From assembly GCF_025526975.1 (NCBI RefSeq), contig NW_026515674.1:310001-374000 (forward strand): a stretch of 64,000 bases of DNA, in the 5' to 3' direction. Below are positions 24,012 to 36,056 of this stretch, piece by piece (within the stretch, counting starts at the first letter, position 1; each line of letters opens with the position of its first letter). The notes below the pieces were generated by a model. It was given only the letters and a program-made list of their open reading frames with translations. It was not told the DNA's origin and ran no database searches. Both the position numbers and the translations under genes were made by a program. This DNA is from Fimicolochytrium jonesii (lineage: Eukaryota).

Positions 24012-26714
24012 ATGCCCAATTCAAACGAGAGCGAGTATCGACAGCTTCCGCTCAACTTTGCGTGGCGACCCGCTGCCTTGCCCTCTCCAACCGGCGACTC
24101 TGAGAATGGTGCAGGCGGAGCACCGACTCGTGGGAAAATGACTCTGGCAGGCGGAAGCGTTCGATACTCCCCGTATCTTTCTCCGAGAGCGAGCCAAGAG
24201 GAGAGCAGGACCTGCAAGGATGTAATTACAGGGATCAAATCTAGTAGTAGATCTTCCATGGCGTTGAAGAAAAGCGAAAGCGGCTCTAAAATGGTCATCG
24301 ACCTTACGGGTCTCGAGGTGGTGTCTGCATCTGCACCGCCACCGCAGGCACAAAAACGCCCACAGGTGCCTACGTTTGTCAATAGCCATACGGGCCTAGG
24401 CGCGCCGCCGACCCTGGCTAGTGTGGATCTGAGCAAGTTCAGGTTTGCAGCTCCCACTGCAACCCGTGGGACTAAAGCTGCAGCCAGTAGATCGTCTGGA
24501 TGGTCGCAGCCGCCACCACTAACCGTCAGCAAACCTACAACAGCGGCAATGGCATCTCAGAGGTCCTCTGGATGGGCGCAATCTGCAGCTTCAAAATCAG
24601 CCGCCGTGAGGACACTGGAAGGAGCACAGCCATCAAGCCTCCCATCCAAGTCGACAAAATTGACGGATCTTATAGGTGCACGGAACACTGCCGGGGCGAG
24701 CGGCCACCAGGGTAAAGCGGCTCATCGGCAACTCCCGTGGGAACCCAAAACCGAAAAGACGTCCTTGAAGAGGGTTCCTTCCAGAAGTATGGAGGAAGGT
24801 GGCAGCAGTGGTAATCGCCAAGCCTTAGCGGCCAACAAGGAGAAATGGAAGCCAGTCGAGCTTTCTGCGGAGCAGGAACATGTTGCGACGCTTGTGACAG
24901 CGCAGAGGCAGAGCTTATTCTTCACTGGAAGTGCAGGTGAGTTTGGTCAGTCATAGCGCTCGATCCAGGTTGATCTTGCTAATAATACCGTATACATGTC
25001 TGAACTAGGAACCGGCAAAAGTGTGCTATTGCGCGAGATCATACGCCGCCTGCGCGAGACGTACAAGAAGCAGGAGATTGCTGTAACTGGTTAGTTGGAC
25101 GTCGTCTCCTCGATCAAAACCTAGCCCGGTACTTACTTCCCGCTTGACTTGCACAGCTTCCACTGGAATAGCTGCCTGCAACATCAATGGAACGACCTTA
25201 CACAGCTTTTCAGGATGCGGATTGGGGCAAGGTAGGTTCAGAAAACTCCTCACCCAAGCCAAGGCTCGTCAGCTGCTCTAACGCTGGTGCACCTCCAGAA
25301 CCTGCCGAGATTCTGGCGGGAAGAGTTCAACGCAACCCGCGTACAGCGAAACGATGGGCGCAAACCAAAGTCCTGATCATTGATGAAAGTGCGTATACTT
25401 CGACTGCAATTGAAGGATAGGCACTCAGTTGAAAGTCACTGATATCCTCATTGACTTTCCTTTCAGTCTCCATGGTGGAAGGCGACTTCTTCGACAAACT
25501 GGAATACGTTGCGCAGAAAGTGCGCAAAGACTCAAGTCCGTTTGGCGGGATCCAGCTTGTGATTTGTGGAGACTTCATGCAGCTACCGCCTGGTAAGTCT
25601 TGCCTTCACTCTTACCTTTGCTACCTGTCATCGTCCGTGTAGGAGATGCTGACTCGCCCGTTTTGGTCAACAGTGTCTCGGAAAGCAAGCTTCGCGTTCG
25701 AAGCAAAGAGTTGGTCGAGGTGCATCAAAAAGACCGTTCAGGTGAGACTCTACACTGTTTCGTGGCACAACGTCCCGCATAAGATACTCACAAAAAGCGA
25801 TGGTATCCTCCCACCAGCTCAAACACGTGTTCCGGCAGAAGGATTCCACCTTGATCAACCTGCTCAACGAGATGCGCATCGGCATCGTCTCCCCCGAATC
25901 CGAAAGGATTTTGATGGGTTTATCCCGAGAACTCGCCTTCGGCGATGGCCTCGAACCCACCTCACTCTTCGCCGTCCGCACCCAAGTGGACGACGCCAAC
26001 ACGGTCCGCCTGCGAAATCTCAATGGCTCCAGCCGCACGTTTGACGCAACGGACTACACGCGAAGCGACGCCGATAAGGCCCGGTTGAAGGACTTCATGG
26101 CTCCGCAAACTTTGGAACTGAAGATCGGAGCACAGGTCATGCTTATCAAGAACATTGACGACAAGCTCGTCAATGGGAGTTTGGGGAAGGTCCATGGGTT
26201 TGAGAAGGAGAGCGGAAATCCGATAGTCGACTTTACTGTTTCAGGAGGCCGAGAATCGAGGCTTATGGAGATGGCGACCGAGACATGGAGTTGTGAGATG
26301 CCAGGGCTCGGGGTCGTTGCCAGTCGAACTCAGGTATGCATTGCTACTTTTACAGCCAACCACCTTGCGGGCCGAGCCTAATATGCACGTTCATGTAGAT
26401 CCCGCTCCTGCTAGCATACTCGATGTCAATTCACAAATCCCAAGGTCAAACGCTGGAACGCGTGAAAGTCGATCTCGGACGGGTATTCGAGAATGGTCAA
26501 GCCTACGTCGCGTTATCACGAGCCACTTCGTTGGAGGGATTGCAGGTATGTACAGAAAAGCCGCATCTCGCTGGGCGTTGCGTTAGTTTGCAACAAATCC
26601 CTCATCGGTCTCTCCTCTTCGCAATGCCAGGTCCTGAACTACAAGCGAGACAAAGTCCGCGTCGACCCGCGCGTTATCGAGTTCAACAAGAACCTTTCAC
26701 ATTACGCCGGCTAA
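24012..26714 (+). CDS. PIF1: PIF1-family 5'-3' DNA helicase
   Basis: About nine exons. Walker [13 protein letters not shown] is split by an intron; also [84 protein letters not shown]. Confidence 0.96.
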
Positions 26715-29558
26715 ACAGGAAGTCTTTGGTATATACCTCCTATTCCCATACCTGCACAGCATCACTAAATCGTCTCGGGCGTATCGATCGTGGATACATA
26801 TCCCCTCTCCCTCCTGTGAACCTCTGGATTCATAGATTTGTTTTGGCAGCATGCCGGATTTTGCTTGAGAAGTATACCCCTGGTCTTGAAGACTTTCAGG
26901 CTTTTTTAGACTCATCCCTCGGTTTGATTTGTTAGCGTTCACAGAACGACCAGGAGAGAGGGTGGATAGGTTTCACTTGTACATAGAACGCTTACATATA
27001 CTGCACATTTTCATTACAGTCGGCTGTGTGCTGGGCTGTGTGCTTCAGAGAGGATCGTACGAAGATGTATCGAATATCAACTGCCTTTCTTGACCATGAG
27101 AGCTAGATGCTGCCGCCCGGTCATAAGCATCAAAGCCGTGGCGTGCACCCGTTGACAGGATTGCACCGGCGGATGGCCGACGGGATGCCGCGGTCAAGGA
27201 CGTCAGCCTGGACGTCAGCCAGGGATGCGGATTTACTGGCTGGGTTTCAAGAAGGACACTTCAAAGCCCAAGTCTGTCGACCCTCGCACATCGAAGCAGA
27301 CGGTCCAACATATACCTCCTCTCACTGACGATCTCGACCTCGAAACGGTTCGGAAAGAATGCCAAGACCTTCTCAGCGATGAACTCCAACCAGGCTGACC
27401 CGATACAACTGCATGGACGATGGGAGCTCAGCCATGTCATGCCTTTTGAAAGTGGCAAGCAGCCCTAGTTGAAGAAGTTTTCGTGCAAGCACGAGAGACT
27501 GGCAAGCAGAAGAGCGTCGCGGATCGACGGATGGCAGGGGTGAGGATCCACCAAGGAACTGTAGACCTTGATTCACATCGAGGGCCTTTACTTAGACGCT
27601 GTTCGTCGTCTCATCTGCTTGGTTGAACGTCATTTCTTGATGTGTGTTCTTGTTCCAAGGCTCCTCGCTGCTCCATATTGTAAAGTTGTGACTTTGTGTT
27701 GAATATCACCGTAACGCAAAAACATCCGATATGCATTACGGCAGCCGTTCAAACCTGCCATTCTTTGAGACTTTCTCCTGGCCGACGAAGGCATCGATTT
27801 CTGGCGTATGGACAACGCGTTCGCGGGGGGCCGCTCGGCAGGGTTCCCAGATCAGTTCCCAGACATGCAGAAATTCAGGATTACGTCTCCCATCAAATAT
27901 CGGGGCGATTTTCTTGTGTTCACAAATTTTCCTTTTTTCTCTACATCAAAATCAGAAAAAGCCCCGCTTGGCGTGCGCATCAGCATTGGCAAACGGCGAC
28001 TAGCCCCCGTACGTTCGCATGGCACTGGACAAAAAAAAGGACCACCGCACATCGGCAGAAGCGGATGGAATCGGCGAAAGCTAGAGCTCATTTATCCGCG
28101 AGGCAGCCATGGCAACATTGATGCCGCCCGCAGCCGCATACTGCATGCATAGACTGCATATACAGTAGTGCACTGCGACTTCCCCTGGGCCCACAAATGA
28201 CACTGAGCCGCTCACGTCGACAAGTTGAACGACAGCAATAATCCTTCAAATAGACTGTTTTCTTGATGAGGGTTGACAACCATTCGTGCACCCACGTTGT
28301 CCATGATGTGTGTCCGTTCGAAGTTATTCCATCGTGTATACAAACATGGTAGCTGCGGCTGCTCTGCTCTGCAAATGGCGGTTGCGTACAATAGTCCATG
28401 CACACTGTGGCAAGCAGCACAAGCTTGAAATTGAAATTAAACTGAAATGAGGTGCGCAGGCGGGTTCATTTCCGCCCGGCACCACGGCAATGTTCTCGGT
28501 GGTTGGTCCGCCCGCTTCATGTTTCCGCTCCCAGGGTTACTTCTGATGAGGGATGATGAACGTTTCGTCTCGTCTCATTATCGCCCAGACTCGTCGGAAC
28601 ATGTCGCAATTGATGAAGTCAGTGGCCAGGAAGACAGCCCTGGAACCAACTGGAAATTTGCCGTTAGGCGGCACAAGCTGATGAGGCCTAGGTGGCAGCG
28701 GTTGGCCTTCTTCGTCCGCTGGGCGGCCAAGCTTTTTGCATTCGGGATGAGACGGGCCGAAACGGCGAAAAAAAAACTGTACAGTACACTCCCGAGTCCC
28801 CACTTACCCCACCTCCGCGCCATCAAATCTCACGAGCTGAAAGATGGCAGCGTGAGCTTAAAATGAAAAAATCCGACGGACCACAACTAATTCAGCGCTG
28901 TGCTGGTTCTGGGTGGTACAAACGACAACTTTTGATGATGTTTGTGAGATAATCTGGTCGTCAGGTCACCGAAATCGGAATCGGAGCGGGAATCCGGCCG
29001 ATGGGCGGCTCGTTCACGCTTGCTGCCTGGGTAGGGTCCATCTGATTCTGGTCCGTGGTGCGGACATCAACCGCTGTTGACAAGCTGTCCAAATTTCCTT
29101 TTTTTTGTTCTCTTGGGGACACACATGCGTGTCAGCCTCGTCCGTAGGTAGTAGCCGGACAGCCAAAATTGCTGTTCAACAACATTTGCACGCGTCTCTG
29201 CTGACGAGGGCAGCTGCGAAAGAAAAACGGGCAAGTAACTTACGTGAGGCTGGTCCTGTAGGTAGTCTGCGTGTGCATGGTCTAGATCTTGGAGCGAGCG
29301 GACAGGAGGAAAGAAGCCAAAAGAAAAACGAAAGGCGACCCCACAACGCCTTCATTTGGAAAATAGTTCAGCCAGATGTAGCCATCGTCAAAGCCTCATT
29401 TCGGAGCTGAGAGCGAGCTGATAGGAAGTTATTACGAGTCTGTGTTCGCTTTTTCTTTTTTGATTTTTTCCCTCTCACTGATGGCCGGTCTGTACATGTC
29501 TGCATGGACAGGGTGAAGCAGCGGCCGCTCAGGACGGTTGTCCGGCACCTTCATCGGC

Positions 29559-29566
29559 TATAAAAG
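29559..29566 (+). promoter_or_regulatory. TATA box
   Basis: TATAAAAG about 120 bp upstream of ATG 29681, followed by a CA/CT-rich leader. Confidence 0.6.
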
Positions 29567-29680
29567 AGGCAGGACTGCTCGCTTCTTCCCCATCATCATC
29601 ACCAACCAAAGCAGCATCACAAAAGCAATCCACTTCAACTCCCTTCTCTCGCTCTCACAAGCCCTCTCTTCTCTTCAACA

Positions 29681-30694
29681 ATGCGCTTCTCCACCTTTAT
29701 CCTCGCCACCTTGGCCGTGTGCGCTACTTTCGTCGCCGCCGCTCCCGTCGCCCCTGGCGCCGCCGCCCTCGCCGCGGAATCCATCTGCGACAGATGTTGC
29801 GCTGTGAACTTCGCGACTGACGAATGCAAGGGCATCCGTTGTCTGATGTGTCCTAAGAAGACCGCCGCTGTTCCCGAGCCCACCGCTGTCACTCCTCCCG
29901 CTGCCGAGCCCATCTGCGAGAGGTGCTGTGCCGTCAACTTCGCTACCGAGGAATGCAAGAGCGTCCGCTGCCTCAGGTGCCCCAAGCCCACCGCCGCTGT
30001 TCCCAAGCCCACCGCCGTCGTCCCTACTGCCGCTGCCGAGCCCATCTGCGAGAGGTGCTGTGCCGTCAACTTCGCTACCGAGGAATGCAAGGGTATCCGC
30101 TGCTTGATGTGCCCCAAGAAACCCGCCGCTGCTCCCACCGCCACCCCAGCTCCCGTTCTCGAGGCTCGCGCTGAAAAGGCCAAGGCCAACTGCGACGTCT
30201 GCTGTGCTGCCAACTTTGCCCTTCCTGAGTGCAAGAACCTCCAATGCCTCTGGTGCCCCAAGAAGACCGCGGCTGCTACCACCGCCACCCCAGCTCCCGT
30301 TCTCGAGGCTCGCGCTGAAAAGGCCAAGGCCAACTGCGACGTCTGCTGTGCTGCCAACTTTGCCCTTCCTGAGTGCAAGAACCTCCAATGCCTCTGGTGC
30401 CCCAAGAAGACCGCGGCTGTCCCGACTCCTGTTTCCACCCCCGTCGCCGAAATCCCTGCAACCGCAAACTGTGAGGTGTGCTGTGCCGCGAACTTTGCCC
30501 TCCCCGAATGCAAGAACCTGAAGTGCCTCTGGTGCCCCAAGCTTGCAAAGCCCGTCGTCACACCCCCTGCCGAGGTCGAGGCCGACTGCGACACGTGCTG
30601 TGCAGCCAACTTTGCCCTCCCCCAGTGCAAGGGCCTGCGGTGCCTCTGGTGCCCGAAGAAGAAAACCGCCGCCCCAGCCCCTACCGCTCTCTGA
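29681..30694 (+). CDS. Secreted cysteine-rich repeat protein / multi-core peptide precursor (7 cores)
   Basis: Intronless 337 aa; signal peptide MRFSTFILATLAVCATFVAA; seven copies of C-x2-CC-x8-C-x4-C-x2-C-PK separated by Pro/Ala/Thr linkers; strong C-ending codon bias. Confidence 0.93.
   Translation: MRFSTFILATLAVCATFVAAAPVAPGAAALAAESICDRCCAVNFATDECKGIRCLMCPKKTAAVPEPTAVTPPAAEPICERCCAVNFATEECKSVRCLRCPKPTAAVPKPTAVVPTAAAEPICERCCAVNFATEECKGIRCLMCPKKPAAAPTATPAPVLEARAEKAKANCDVCCAANFALPECKNLQCLWCPKKTAAATTATPAPVLEARAEKAKANCDVCCAANFALPECKNLQCLWCPKKTAAVPTPVSTPVAEIPATANCEVCCAANFALPECKNLKCLWCPKLAKPVVTPPAEVEADCDTCCAANFALPQCKGLRCLWCPKKKTAAPAPTAL
30137..30419 (+). repeat. 144-bp tandem duplication (cores 4 and 5)
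   Basis: Units starting at 30137 and 30281 read identically at nucleotide level over ~138 bp. Confidence 0.9.
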
Positions 30695-30829
30695 GCGAAA
30701 AGGCCGAAGCGACACCGCGCGTCGGGTGATCCGAGCAGAGCGAACGACGAAGGATCTCTTTCTCGCGATACACCATTGCATATTTCCAGCCCTATACCCT
30801 TCCATCATATCACATCAGTCACATTTTGG

Positions 30830-30965
30830 ACCTGCATTCATACAGTTTAGAGCATCACATCATTCATCATAGCATCATTCATCATACCTAGCATTATAGA
30901 CCCACTGCATTCATACCCCTGCATTTCACATTCACGTTCATTCACATTCATTCACATCTGCATCT
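30830..30965 (+). repeat. CATT/CATTCA-rich low-complexity 3' UTR tract
   Basis: Many cattca / cattcatac / cacatt units directly downstream of the Cys-rich gene. Confidence 0.65.
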
Positions 30966-31201
30966 TGTATTCGTCTATCACACCTCGCCGTGCGCCTAGT
31001 ACGATTCATACAATAAATCATCTCAAAAACAACTCTGGTTCGTCCATCTTTTCTGCCCCGCACCGCCGGGGGCGGCTTGTTGGACTGGGATTCGCTTGTC
31101 GGTAAAAAAAAACACGCAGCATTCAAGTCCGAGCAGTTGTTGTAGTGCATTTCCAAAAATTTGACGGAATATCACTCGCCCAGACTATGACTACCCTAGG
31201 T

Positions 31202-32303
31202 TTACCCGCACAACTTGTCCTGTCCAGCCCAAAACTTGTGGAAGAGTTCCTCGAAAAGCGGATGCGAATCAGGATTGGTGCTTACCGACCGCCCGCGTCC
31301 CCAGGGTTTGCCATCTGATCCAGGAAGGAATCGTTACTTCGCCTTCCGTGAAAGTATTCAGAACGAAAGCAAAAGACTTACATCCTCCCCCCGGAGACTC
31401 GCTGAAGTGAACATACTTGGGGCTCTTTGCTGCTTGATCGACGGTAATCAGCGGGTTGGCCGCTGACGGGCCTGTTTTTGGAGCCTTGAAATCGCCATTT
31501 AACGTGGCGATCGTTCCTGGTAATAGCCCGATCATGTCGCCAAACGCGCGATTTGCAACGTCCATATCGAAAAGGGTTTCGCCCTTTGCAGAAGCCTCGA
31601 GGAAGACCTTCTCTTGCTTCTCGTACAAGGCCGTGGAGGGCTCGATCACGTAGAGCGTAGATTGGAAAAAAGGTTGCTTGATCCAGTAGGCGCGTGCTGC
31701 ATATAATGGATATGATGGGAGATCGAACAACGAATCCAAGGACGTGATTACAAGCCTATCGGGTTGTAATGTGGTTAGAGGGGTCTCGACACGGCATTGA
31801 AAAAGAAACCATCGCTACACTCACGCATCGCTGTCTAGTACTATTATACGGTCGTACTCGGTCATGTTGAAAACGATATTTCTCGTCATTGACGTCGCCC
31901 ACGTCGGGTCCCCTGTACTTGTGCGGACAGTTTGCACCCTTTGTATCTTCATTCCAGATCCCAACAGCCTGTTCCGATACGACTCAGAAACTTCATCTGT
32001 GTACAACGCGGTAAAAGGGATATCCGGCCGCTTGCCGGCTTTCACAATCGAATCCGCTAACACAAGAGAGGCGCAGGCATATTGATCGTTTGTAACGTAG
32101 AAGACATAAGCAAGCCTGCGGGTTTCGGCACTCGTTTGCGCCAGCACTCGTTCGTTTCGCGGGCCGGTCTCTGGACGAGGCGCTCGACTTGCTCTGGAAT
32201 GCGGTAACTCGCTGGTTCCGTAGTAAGTACTGCCTATGAGTGTTGTTATGATTCCCCCAAAGAATAATGCCGAAAGAAGAAGAAACAATCGTCGACCCGC
32301 CAT
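31202..32303 (-). CDS. Glycosyltransferase family 8 (Gnt1/glycogenin-like), type II membrane protein
   Basis: Exons 32303-31825, 31755-31382, 31314-31202. N-terminal TM; AYVFYVTNDQYAC; FNMTEYDRIIVLDSDA (DxD); ARAYW; DMDVAN; YVHFS...GKPW. Confidence 0.9.
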
Positions 32304-34166
32304 TCCGATATGAATATGACTATGAGTTGCTTTGGTGTCGGCTTGGTGTCCACTTAGTGTCCGCTTAGTAGTGATGTTGCAAGACGTGTCGATGACTCCA
32401 TCCCGGAATCGGTCGCTCGCCGTCATAAACAAACTTAAGATTAACCCAAAGACCAACGAGCCGTAACGTACCCTTCCTTCTGCTGTTGGCCGCCATGTCT
32501 CTCCGTCGCCTGTGAGCCGTGAACGAGGGGTGATCGCCAAGAGCGCTGCCAAGAACGCTGCTTACGTGCCCGCGGGCTTGACGCTGATGGGATAGCGTCC
32601 CGTTCGAAGCTTCTGTTTCGTCTTTCCGGACGAACGTATCAGTTTGGAACGTTACAGCACCGCGGACTTCGCAAACATGAATTGGAATGCAGCGGACTCG
32701 TGCTCTCACGTGACGTCTGAACAGTATTCTATAACTCGCTCTCTTTTCTTCGTCCCGTTGTCGGACTTCGCCCTTCTTTCTTGTTCGGCAGCGAATTATA
32801 TTACAGTAGTATGTTGTCCATTGCATGGAACCCCCAACTCGGGCAGCGCCAATTAACTAGACCCCCAACAAGTGGCTGGCTGTGTGTGCGATTATTCCAT
32901 GTGAAAAGGACCCATTTCTTTGCCGAGCCGGTTAAATCCCAACGACGGTCAATGCCGTTATGACCATCCGTGTTGGTCGGGTGAGGATTACATCCAGAGA
33001 TCCGACTATCACTTAATTACTTTAGCTTATATGAATCTGCGTCAACTTTTGAGAGGTAATCATTCAGCTGCTTCCTACATGTCCACGCAGCATCACGAAG
33101 TCGGCACGTACCCAAGTTTGCAGACTTCGCCTACATGGATTCTCCCCACCGAGGCTTGTGATTTAGCGGAATACTCTATCCGACTTACATCCCTCGATGG
33201 GTTTGACAACCGCAAGCAATATTCAAGTCAGTAGCCGCTGGCGGAAACCGTTGTCCGCCGTCTCGCAAAAAATGCGGATACTACGTCATTTGCTTACTTC
33301 GTCTCGACGATCGACAGGGCTCAACGATCGTTTTGTTTCATGGTCGGTTGCGCTCGTTGCTTCTGGCGCGGTCCCCATCTCAGGCCAGTACAGAGTTCCA
33401 AGAGGGTCTCAAAATGGCGGGATCCGAGTTTTCTACAGAAGACGACGAAACCTTTCCAATGCTCTACTACATTGAGTTGGCATGTCTACTCGGAAGATGA
33501 GAGAGGCTGCGGTATCTCCAAAGCATTGTACTGTTTTAATCCGAGTTTGCACATATAGAGGGGACCCCAGCTTTCGAAGACCAGCGGAGATAGGTATGGC
33601 TGACGTCGGGCATTCCTCGAAGTAACGGGTTCCCTCCTCGGGTCCCCATGAGGAAGGTCCTACACGATATGCTGGCGCGAGAACAAACTTGAACATGCCA
33701 GGGAAACAATGTTGAACACGCTTACGTAACGACGCGTTTTTTTGACCGAAAACCTTCTATTCCCCCCAGGGGTATGCCTAACTTCCTGGATTTTCAAACC
33801 CCGAAGTCCCGCATGATGTAGGGTCTCCCAGAGTCGCTGTTTTTTAGACGATCTGGATCTTGTGCGTCTTGAGACTCTGAGCATTGCCCTTCTCTGATTC
33901 AGACGCCGATGTTCCTTTTGCTCGCTAGCCCAAGGCCCCAGGCCAGGCAGCCCAGCAGTCCATGGGTCACATGCAGGCATCATCGAGGGGTTCAGCAAAT
34001 GATGGCTCTGGTAATCAAGCGAGATGGAAGACAAACAATCCATGTCATGAAAGTTTAGAGCGTTTTCGCATGTTTACGAGAGTTTCTCATGAGCTTTGAA
34101 CGGGGTTTGAGATCAGAAACAAACTTTTTCGAGGCAAACGCTTCTCCGTACATGTCCAGTGCAGCT

Positions 34167-34173
34167 TATAAAG
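34167..34173 (+). promoter_or_regulatory. Candidate TATA box of the bZIP gene
   Basis: TATAAAG upstream of a CT-rich leader; a possible 5' UTR intron (GTGAG at 34431 to TAG at ~34552) precedes ATG 34602. Confidence 0.35.
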
Positions 34174-34601
34174 CGACCGGACAGTAGCGCAGAGCCCGCT
34201 AGCTTACCGTACCATTTCGTCTCTTGCCCATTCCGTCCCTGATACTTGCTCCGTTCGTCGTCCATCTGAACATCCTGCCGAAATTACTCGGGACAGCGCG
34301 ATCGCTACCGGATTCTCGCCCACGCGTCTTTCTCTCGTAAGCCTTTTCAACAGCACACACGTCCCCTTGGACTTGTATCTCGTTCCACGCTCGTCCCCGC
34401 CTTTGATATTTCCTGGTGGTGCCTCTTGAGGTGAGCTTCAGTACTTTCATCTTCCCGAAGCTGTCTTTCCTGGAGTTCTGTGCTTCCTGCCGAAATATGT
34501 TACGCCGTGCTGATCTTACGTTTCCGACCTCGCCCTACCCCGCAATAAATAGAGCCCGTCAAGAAATCGTGTTTTACCCTCATCTCGCGTACCCAGCCAC
34601 G

Positions 34602-36056
34602 ATGGACTCACCATACGGAGCACCAGGCGGCCTTCTCGGAACTGACGACGGTGACGAGCACCAATTTGGCGAGCATCTCTCTTCGCTAGCCGACGCGACC
34701 TCTCCGGCAGCTGAACCCCATCACGTGCACGACCAGTTCCATCACTCGATGTATCCTAGTTCGCATATCGGCATGTACGGCATGTACCAAGATTCCTTCT
34801 ACGGCAACAGCCACATGGACGCTGGAGCGCTCTGCCATCCACCATTGATGCACGCACCCTACGATCACGGTGCTGATATGGGGGCCGCCGTGAGGCTAAG
34901 TCCGATATCGATGGACTCCCGCTCGCCTACGCTTAGTCGGGGTTCGTCAACGCGTCACAGTCCGCTCATGCTCGGCAGCAGAAGTCGCCTAGCAAGTCAT
35001 CAGCTTCATCCGCTCCAGCCAGAGCACCCTCTTCACCATATCTCACACAACGCTCTCCACTTCGCTGACGATGACAGGATCTACCAGCACGCAGCAGCCG
35101 AGGCTCGACGCATCCATCATCAGCAACTCGAACACGTCGAGCAAAGGCACCCCGCGTCGTCTCAAAGGCACCCACAAATATCCGCTTCCGATCTAAGCTA
35201 CGAGACTGCAAACAACGCTCGCTTGCGCATGATGAGGGCCGCTGCTGCTGCCATCATCGAATCACCGATGGGGTTTGATTACGACGATAAGGAAGCACTG
35301 CAACGCCAACTCAACGCTGAAACACCCGAAGCACAATCAAAGAGCGCCCGAACCAAATCCTCAGGAGAATCTCGACGTGCATCCGGCTCTGACAAGACCG
35401 ACCCTTCCTCGCCAACGGCGGCACTTGCACATCCCGACAACAACAAGGCAGACATGATGACGACCCCAGCAGAACGCAAGACATCCGCTCGGCGCGCCGA
35501 ACAAAATCGTACCGCACAGCGTGCCTTCCGAGAGCGTCGTCAGCAGTATGTTAAGGAACTGGAAGCCAAAGCCGCACAATCGGATTCGCTCGAGGTCCGT
35601 CTTGCCGAAGCCGACGCGCGTCTCGCGGAAGTTCAGTGCCTAGCGGAACGTCTCGTCGTCGATCGCGAGGCGTGGGTGAGCGAACGCGAACTCTGGTGGC
35701 GAGAGAGGGACGAGGCGGTATCGTTGGCCAACTCTCTCGTTCAAGAACTCGACACTTTGAGCAAGGAGAACGTCAAATTCCGGGAAGTTCTCGACGGTCT
35801 GAGCGACCCTGCTATTGCTGCAAAGATCGCTGCCAGCCTCGACACACCTAGTGAAGGCTCCCGAAAGCGATCAGCCCTTAGCTTTGAAGATATGATTGCA
35901 AACAACGAAACACCGAGCAAGCGCCAAAAGGTCGCGGAAACCGCCGAAATCAACTCCGAAGAAGCCGCAGAAGTACAAGATGTACCGTCCACTCCAGGGC
36001 TTCCGGAAGAAGACTCAGTGGTCACCGACGAAGCACCTGCGCCGCTGATGGTATAA
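34602..36056 (+). CDS. bZIP transcription factor (Yap/AP-1-like basic region)
   Basis: RRAEQNRTAQRAFRERRQQYVKELE followed by heptad/coiled-coil; His/Pro-rich N-terminus. Confidence 0.9.
   Translation: MDSPYGAPGGLLGTDDGDEHQFGEHLSSLADATSPAAEPHHVHDQFHHSMYPSSHIGMYGMYQDSFYGNSHMDAGALCHPPLMHAPYDHGADMGAAVRLSPISMDSRSPTLSRGSSTRHSPLMLGSRSRLASHQLHPLQPEHPLHHISHNALHFADDDRIYQHAAAEARRIHHQQLEHVEQRHPASSQRHPQISASDLSYETANNARLRMMRAAAAAIIESPMGFDYDDKEALQRQLNAETPEAQSKSARTKSSGESRRASGSDKTDPSSPTAALAHPDNNKADMMTTPAERKTSARRAEQNRTAQRAFRERRQQYVKELEAKAAQSDSLEVRLAEADARLAEVQCLAERLVVDREAWVSERELWWRERDEAVSLANSLVQELDTLSKENVKFREVLDGLSDPAIAAKIAASLDTPSEGSRKRSALSFEDMIANNETPSKRQKVAETAEINSEEAAEVQDVPSTPGLPEEDSVVTDEAPAPLMV

Noticed and set aside
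26950..29500. Short ORFs and GACGTCAGCC duplication upstream of the Cys-rich gene
   Set aside because: No coherent gene model; most simply a long promoter/intergenic region.
29635..30808. Two long antisense ORFs (331 and 377 aa) over the Cys-rich gene
   Set aside because: Shadows of the repetitive, C-ending codon-biased sense gene; no independent protein features.
26715..34400. Dikaritin-type RiPP cluster around the repeat precursor
   Set aside because: No DUF3328/UstY oxidase, tyrosinase, peptidase or transporter recognised nearby; the only neighbours are PIF1 and a GT8, whose link to the precursor is unsupported.
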